A stretch of 36,277 nt of DNA from Candidatus Parcubacteria bacterium (GTDB lineage Bacteria; Patescibacteriota; Patescibacteriia; CAIXNZ01). Below the pieces are notes generated by a model, which saw only the letters and a list, made by a program, of their open reading frames with translations, was not told the origin of the DNA and ran no database searches. This document shows, one piece after another, positions 32,073 through 36,277 of this stretch. The position numbers and the translations under genes are program-made. The stretch spans positions 1 through 36,277 of the forward strand of contig JAPLYF010000049.1 in the NCBI GenBank assembly GCA_026395675.1, read 5' to 3'. The number at the start of each line of letters is the position of its first letter. The stretch's first letter is position 1.

Positions 32073-32858
32073 ATGTCATATTTAATTTACGTTTATAACT
32101 TAATTATTTATCAGCCGCTTTTTAATTTTTTAGTTTGGCTTTATAATGTAATTCCCGGTCATGACATTGGTCTTTCCATTATTATTTTGACTTTGGCAGT
32201 GCGGCTGATACTTTTCCCGCTTTATTACCAGTCCATCAAATCACAAAAGGCCTTGCAGGATATTCAGCCAAAAGTTGAGGAGTTAAAGAAAAAACTAAAA
32301 GATGAAAAGGAAAAATTAGCTCAGGAATTGATGAATTTATACAAGAAAGATAAGGTGAATCCTTTTTCTTCTTGTCTGCCACTCTTAATCCAATTTCCTT
32401 TTCTGATCGCGGTTTATCAGGTTTTCAGACACGGTTTGCAATCGCAGGGCTTTGAAATTCTTTATCCTTTTGTGGCTAACCCCGGCCTGATTAATCCTAT
32501 TTCTTTTGGCATTATTAACCTGGCCAAGCCAAGCTATGTCTTGGCGATCTTGGCTGGCTTAGCCCAGTTTTGGCAGACAAAAATGTTGATGGCTAAAAAG
32601 CCGCCAGTTATTGATCATAAGGAAATCAAGGGTGCTGGAGATGAAAAAGCCTTGGCTGCTATGAATAAGCAGATGGTTTATTTTATGCCAATTTTTACAG
32701 TCATCATAGGCGTGAGTTTGCCAGCCGGATTAAGCCTTTATTGGTTTTTAACGACTTTACTCATGGCCGTGCAGCAGGTGTGGATGTTTAACCATCCTTC
32801 GCATAAAGCTACGGATGGTAAGGAGGGTGAGAAGGGCGAAAGTTCAAATAAGGGGTAA
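32073..32858 (+). CDS. yidC: Membrane protein insertase YidC (short, Oxa1-like form)
   Basis: QKALQDIQPKVEELKKK...ELMNLYKKDKVNPFSSCLPLLIQFPFLIAVYQVF is classic YidC. Start trimmed to the ATG at 32073, because the listed TTG at 32007 lies inside the family 2 repeat. Confidence 0.88.
   Translation: MSYLIYVYNLIIYQPLFNFLVWLYNVIPGHDIGLSIIILTLAVRLILFPLYYQSIKSQKALQDIQPKVEELKKKLKDEKEKLAQELMNLYKKDKVNPFSSCLPLLIQFPFLIAVYQVFRHGLQSQGFEILYPFVANPGLINPISFGIINLAKPSYVLAILAGLAQFWQTKMLMAKKPPVIDHKEIKGAGDEKALAAMNKQMVYFMPIFTVIIGVSLPAGLSLYWFLTTLLMAVQQVWMFNHPSHKATDGKEGEKGESSNKG
32791..32819. repeat. Family 1 REP-like hairpin in frame in the yidC C-terminal tail (accatcc/ggatggt)
   Basis: Translated as NHPSHKATDGK. 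Confidence 0.8.
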
Positions 32859-32933
32859 AACGGCTTTAAATTACCAAATTTTAACTTCTATATCTATTAG
32901 TATATTTGTAGATTATTAGTAAATTAGTATCCT

Positions 32934-33251
32934 ATGCTTATTAATCAAAAACAATTGAAAAAAATAGTCGTGGAGACCCAGGGCGGACAGTTTTTAGGTT
33001 ATATTTCTGAATTTGAACTGGAAACAGATAATGGCACGATTGAAAAGTATTATGTAAAAAGCCGGCTTTCAATTCCTGGCCTTTTTGCCAATAAATTATT
33101 GATAAACAAAAGCCAGGTCATTAGCTTTGATTCTGAAAAAATGATTGTAGAGGATGGGGTGATTAAAGAAAAGTCAGGGCAAAAAGCTTTTAATAAAGTG
33201 GAAAATGTGGAAGGGATTGAGCCAGTTATTAGCAGTAAATTGGGTGAATAA
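32934..33251 (+). CDS. PRC-barrel domain protein (YlmC/YmxH-like)
   Basis: VVETQGGQFLGYISEFELETDNGTIEKYYV has the PRC-barrel pattern. 105 aa. Confidence 0.55.
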   Translation: MLINQKQLKKIVVETQGGQFLGYISEFELETDNGTIEKYYVKSRLSIPGLFANKLLINKSQVISFDSEKMIVEDGVIKEKSGQKAFNKVENVEGIEPVISSKLGE

Positions 33252-33275
33252 CTGCGACTGCATAACTTTAATGAC

Positions 33276-34307
33276 ATGTTTAATCTAAATTATTTAGAAC
33301 TCTTTATTTTAAATACCATAATTTACTTTGATCTTTTTGATTATCCTTTGACTTTGGGTGAAATACACAATTTTCTTTTTACAGGCGGTATGGAAGGTGC
33401 CAGTTTTTCTTTGGCTGAAATCACTGAATGTTTGCAAACGAGTTTAAAATTAAAAAAAGCCATAGCCACACAGCGTGGCTTTTATTTTTTAAAGAATCCG
33501 CCTTCGCGCCTGCCTACGTTAAAACTTCGGCAGGCAGGCAATGCTACGGCGGACGAGGGTAGGGAAAATAATATTCAGACGCGGCTGGAGCGCTATGTCT
33601 TGGCTCAAGATAAATTTAAAATTATTAACCGGGCCATAAAAATTTTTAAATATTTGCCTTTTGTAAAATTAGTTGCTATTTGCAATAATCTGGCTCTGAG
33701 CAATGCCAAAAAAGAAAGCGATCTTGATTTATTTATAATCACCAGTCAAAAGAGGATTTGGGTGGTGCGTTTTTTTACTATTTTAATAATTACGATTTTG
33801 GGTTTGCGACCGCCCAAAAATAAAGTTAAAGATAAAATTTGCCTGAGTTTTTTTATAGCAGAGGATAATTTGGATTTAGCCAAAATAAAAATTACGGCTG
33901 AAGATGTTTATCTGGTTTTTTGGCTGGCAACCTTAAGGCCTGTTTATGAAAGACAGAATTTTTATGCCCAATTAATAGCAGCTAATTTATGGCTAAAAAA
34001 ATATTTGCCTAATTGGCAGGAGCAAAAATTAGGGTTTCGTTATAGGATTGAGGATAATAAGTTAAATAAAATTATTTATAAAACCAAGGAATTTTTTTGG
34101 GGTGGATTTTTGGGCGATTGGGCTGAAAAAATTTTTAAAAATATTCAGTTTAAATTAATGTCCCAAAAGAAAAAGGATCTGGCGGTTCAGCCAGATACAG
34201 GCGTGATTATTTCTGACAGCATGTTAAAATTCCATCTCCAAGATAGGCGCCTGGAAATAATGGCAGAATTTGAAAAGAGAAGAAAGGAACTGGTTGAGAA
34301 AATGTAA
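33276..34307 (+). CDS. Hypothetical protein with a polymerase-beta-like nucleotidyltransferase motif
   Basis: VAICNNLALSNAKKESDLDLFII resembles the G[SN]x(n)SD[LI]D[LI] NTase signature. Contains an in-frame nested REP. Confidence 0.5.
   Translation: MFNLNYLELFILNTIIYFDLFDYPLTLGEIHNFLFTGGMEGASFSLAEITECLQTSLKLKKAIATQRGFYFLKNPPSRLPTLKLRQAGNATADEGRENNIQTRLERYVLAQDKFKIINRAIKIFKYLPFVKLVAICNNLALSNAKKESDLDLFIITSQKRIWVVRFFTILIITILGLRPPKNKVKDKICLSFFIAEDNLDLAKIKITAEDVYLVFWLATLRPVYERQNFYAQLIAANLWLKKYLPNWQEQKLGFRYRIEDNKLNKIIYKTKEFFWGGFLGDWAEKIFKNIQFKLMSQKKKDLAVQPDTGVIISDSMLKFHLQDRRLEIMAEFEKRRKELVEKM
33497..33553. repeat. REP nested within a REP, in frame in the CDS (outer tccgcc/ggcgga, inner cctgcc/ggcagg)
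   Basis: Read directly. Translated as PPSRLPTLKLRQAGNATAD. Confidence 0.8.
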
Positions 34308-34311
34308 GGGC

Positions 34312-34393
34312 GCGCTGGCAGGCGTTCCGCGTTGCGGAACGTAGGCGACACAAGCTTGTGTCGCCTACCACCAAGGGTGGTGCCTGCCAGCGC
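34312..34393. repeat. 82-nt composite palindrome with cloverleaf topology: an 11-bp closing stem around three hairpins
   Basis: Closing stem gcgctggcagg/cctgccagcgc. Arms are gttccgc-gtt-gcggaac, gtaggcgacaca-agct-tgtgtcgcctac and cacca-aggg-tggtg. Confidence 0.8.
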
Positions 34394-34495
34394 TTTTATT
34401 TTACCCAAAAAGAAAAGCCGGCCTATCCTTGAGGACAAGCCGGTTGTTTAATTTTGCAGAACTATTTTTTGTGGTAACTGAGCCGCTGGCGCTTA

Positions 34496-35341
34496 TCATG
34501 GCCTTGCGTGATTCGGTTCGTAGACAGGTTTGGCTTTTGAGTTAGTGCATTCATCAGCGCCTTCGATTACTACTTGTTCTTCACCAAGACCAAGATCGTA
34601 AAATGCCAGATTGAAAGGATCAAAATCCTCTGATAGGAACCATTCTAATGGCGGGAGAATCCGATGACGTTCTCTGCTGACCTTGAAACAAGCAAGCTTA
34701 TATTGATTTTGTCCCAGTTGAGAAAATGAGGTAAGGGCGACGCCGTTGATGCTTATGTTGTCTGCTCTTGTACGCGAAGGTTCATGCCAAGCTGATTGGG
34801 CCGTACAATTCGGCGAAGGCGAGATGTGTAACTTGCCATCCGAATCGTTCCATGGGATGAAACAGGCTACCACCCATTGGTTAGGTGGTGTGCCCATTAC
34901 CTTGAAAGAAGTAAGTGGCTCGCCATTGGCGGTTATATCATTCGCTGTAATAATTCCAAATGGTTCGAGGCCAATTTCGTAACCGATGTCTGTTTCTTTG
35001 TTTTCCGGCAAGGTATAGGTGATGTTTAGCATGCCACCGACCACTTGGGAAGTTCGATCTACCAAACAATGCATATCGTGAGGATTAGGGCATTTGGGAT
35101 TTTCAATCTTACCGAAGGTGTAGATCCAACCCGGTGCAGAAAGTTTTACTCCGTTAATGCTTATTTCGCGCTCTTTGGGTCGGGGTTGATTGATGGGAAT
35201 GCTGATTGTGACATTGACGGTTTTCTCCTGAACCGCTTCGCTTTGTTGAGGGAGCGGTTTTTGCCCTTTGTATTCGCGAACCGCGAAAACGATCAGGCAG
35301 ATTATAAAAACTCCTACCATAAATCCAACAAACTTTTTCAT
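34496..35341 (-). CDS. Signal-anchored/secreted hypothetical protein, paralog of 35511-36077, with an extra C-terminal partial repeat
   Basis: Start trimmed to MKKFVGFMVGVFIICLIVFAV after AAGGAGG. Conserved blocks are shared with the neighbour (TISIP, DIGY, WVVACFI/WFVACFI, PNCTA/PDCTA). Confidence 0.65.
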   Translation of the reverse strand: MKKFVGFMVGVFIICLIVFAVREYKGQKPLPQQSEAVQEKTVNVTISIPINQPRPKEREISINGVKLSAPGWIYTFGKIENPKCPNPHDMHCLVDRTSQVVGGMLNITYTLPENKETDIGYEIGLEPFGIITANDITANGEPLTSFKVMGTPPNQWVVACFIPWNDSDGKLHISPSPNCTAQSAWHEPSRTRADNISINGVALTSFSQLGQNQYKLACFKVSRERHRILPPLEWFLSEDFDPFNLAFYDLGLGEEQVVIEGADECTNSKAKPVYEPNHARP

Positions 35342-35411
35342 TCCTTTGCCTCCTTGAATTTTGAAATTAACCGCTAGAAGCGCGATTTGAGACCATTTTA
35401 GGTCATTTGAT

Positions 35412-35440
35412 AGTTTAGCATAATTTGGTAGTTTTGTCAA
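35412..35440 (-). promoter_or_regulatory. Putative promoter (TTGACA-17 nt-TAAACT on the - strand) for 34496-35341
   Basis: Read on the reverse complement. A 28-nt block overlapping the -10 box is identical to the one upstream of the paralog. Confidence 0.5.
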
Positions 35441-35510
35441 GACAAAAAGGTTTTTAAAAAGAAAAGCCGGCTCATCCTTATGGACAAGCCGGTTTTGAGT
35501 TTGCTTTTTT

Positions 35511-36077
35511 TTATTTAGTTTTGCCTGTAGTCACCAATTTTACGGGTTGAGTTAGTGCGGTGCAATCAGGATCTCCAGTGACAATAACTGCTCCGGCTTG
35601 ATTTTCGTCGGCAATGAAGCAGGCGACAAACCATTTGCTTGACGCATACTTGCCTCGGTCGGACGAATAGCCCATTACCGAGAAAGTATTTAGCAGTGTT
35701 CCGCTTACCCTGATGTTATCTGCTCGTAGCTGGTTACCGAGAATATACCCGATATCCAGAGGTGTTTTGGCCGGAACTTTGAGAGTGTAGTTCAAGTTCC
35801 CACCGATGACCAGTGCTGATCGGTCTATCCTGCATCCTGAACTATGGGGGTCAAAGCAAGGGAGGTCTTCACTTGTACCGAATGTTTCGATTGCCCCTGG
35901 GACACCATCAGTGTTTCTCGAGCTTACAGGAATGCTGATAGTGATGGTCACCATTCTAATTTTGTTGTCCAGGTTTATCTTGGTGGCCGGATTGAGTCGC
36001 TTGTACTCATGGATGGCATAACCCACCAAACAGAGGGCACATGCCAGAAACAAGAAATTTTTAAATAATTCTTTCAC
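35511..36077 (-). CDS. Signal-anchored/secreted hypothetical protein, paralog of 34496-35341
   Basis: GTG start after AAGGAGG. N-terminal hydrophobic segment FLFLACALCLVGYAI. Colinear similarity to the neighbour. Confidence 0.65.
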   Translation of the reverse strand: MKELFKNFLFLACALCLVGYAIHEYKRLNPATKINLDNKIRMVTITISIPVSSRNTDGVPGAIETFGTSEDLPCFDPHSSGCRIDRSALVIGGNLNYTLKVPAKTPLDIGYILGNQLRADNIRVSGTLLNTFSVMGYSSDRGKYASSKWFVACFIADENQAGAVIVTGDPDCTALTQPVKLVTTGKTK

Positions 36078-36149
36078 CTTTTTCCTCCTTGAATTTTTAA
36101 AGAATTAATCGCAAAACTAGCGATTTTTGACTATTTTAGGTCATTTGAT

Positions 36150-36178
36150 AGTTTAGCATATTTTAATGATTTTGTCAA
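36150..36178 (-). promoter_or_regulatory. Putative promoter (TTGACA-17 nt-TAAACT on the - strand) for 35511-36077
   Basis: Same architecture and same 28-nt block (attttaggtcatttgatagtttagcata) as at 35390-35440. Confidence 0.5.
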
Positions 36179-36193
36179 GGTTTTTTGAGGTAT

Positions 36194-36276
36194 GCTCGGG
36201 CAGACGTGATTGTAATCACGTAGAGACACGGCGCGTCGTGTCTCTACAACCGCCATCGGCGGATGTCTGCCCGAGC
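36194..36276. repeat. Second cloverleaf-topology composite palindrome: a 12-bp closing stem around three hairpins, at the window edge
   Basis: Closing stem gctcgggcagac/gtctgcccgagc. Arms are gtgatt-gt-aatcac, agagacacg..cgtgtctct and ccgcc-atc-ggcgg. Confidence 0.8.
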
Positions 36277-36277
36277 G

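Noticed and set aside
31330-32079. 249-aa antisense ORF across the nusA tail and the nusA-yidC spacer
   Set aside because: It lies opposite the well-supported nusA gene. It consists of low-complexity Ala/Ser/Phe sequence generated by reading Lys/Glu-rich and palindromic DNA backwards, and it has no RBS.
34312-36276. Cloverleaf palindromes as integron attC sites flanking gene cassettes
   Set aside because: No recognisable R''/R' core sites (RYYYAAC / GTTRRRY). Both enclosed genes have their own promoters. There is no such element between the two genes and no integrase in the window.
36194-36276. Cloverleaf element as a tRNA gene (same reasoning for 34312-34393)
   Set aside because: The closing stem is 11-12 bp rather than 7. 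The arms lack D- and T-loop consensus (no GG / TTCRA). No 7-nt anticodon loop is present, and the linkers are nearly absent.
1-36277. Alternative genetic code (UGA reassignment, as in some candidate phyla)
   Set aside because: TGA terminates several genes at positions consistent with full-length conserved proteins (the methylase at 2175 and the rSAM at 16103). No conserved gene is interrupted by in-frame TGA.

Overview
AT-rich bacterial chromosomal fragment. Gene content and the many small genes suggest a reduced-genome lineage such as Patescibacteria/CPR, but that is low-confidence inference. All calls come from motif recognition by eye; no searches were run. Standard code fits, since TGA ends several well-bounded genes. 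Housekeeping genes on the + strand: argS, dapB, ddl, purD, nusA, yidC, yraN, tRNA-Leu(GAG) and tRNA-Val(UAC). Four accessory modules interrupt them. (1) A defence-like islet at the left edge: a 5'-truncated Eco57I-like N6-adenine methylase, a Panacea/DUF4065 antitoxin-like gene with an unknown downstream partner, and an orphan AbiEi-like regulator. (2) A block at about 11.5-17.2 kb whose centrepiece is a radical-SAM/SPASM enzyme. Its 3' end overlaps an unlisted 36-aa Cys-containing ORF with a strong RBS and its own terminator, which makes it a candidate RiPP maturase-precursor cassette and my top pick for an undescribed system. (3) A REP-associated tyrosine transposase (RAYT-like HUH/Y1) gene flanked by about 140-bp direct repeats made of GC-rich hairpins. 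(4) Two tandem paralogous secreted/anchored protein cassettes on the - strand at the right edge. The dominant feature of the window is several families of GC-rich palindromic (REP/RPE-like) elements. They sit in intergenic regions and also in frame inside argS, nusA, yidC and a nucleotidyltransferase-like gene. Some are nested in one another, some abut the tRNA genes, and two form larger cloverleaf-like composite palindromes.
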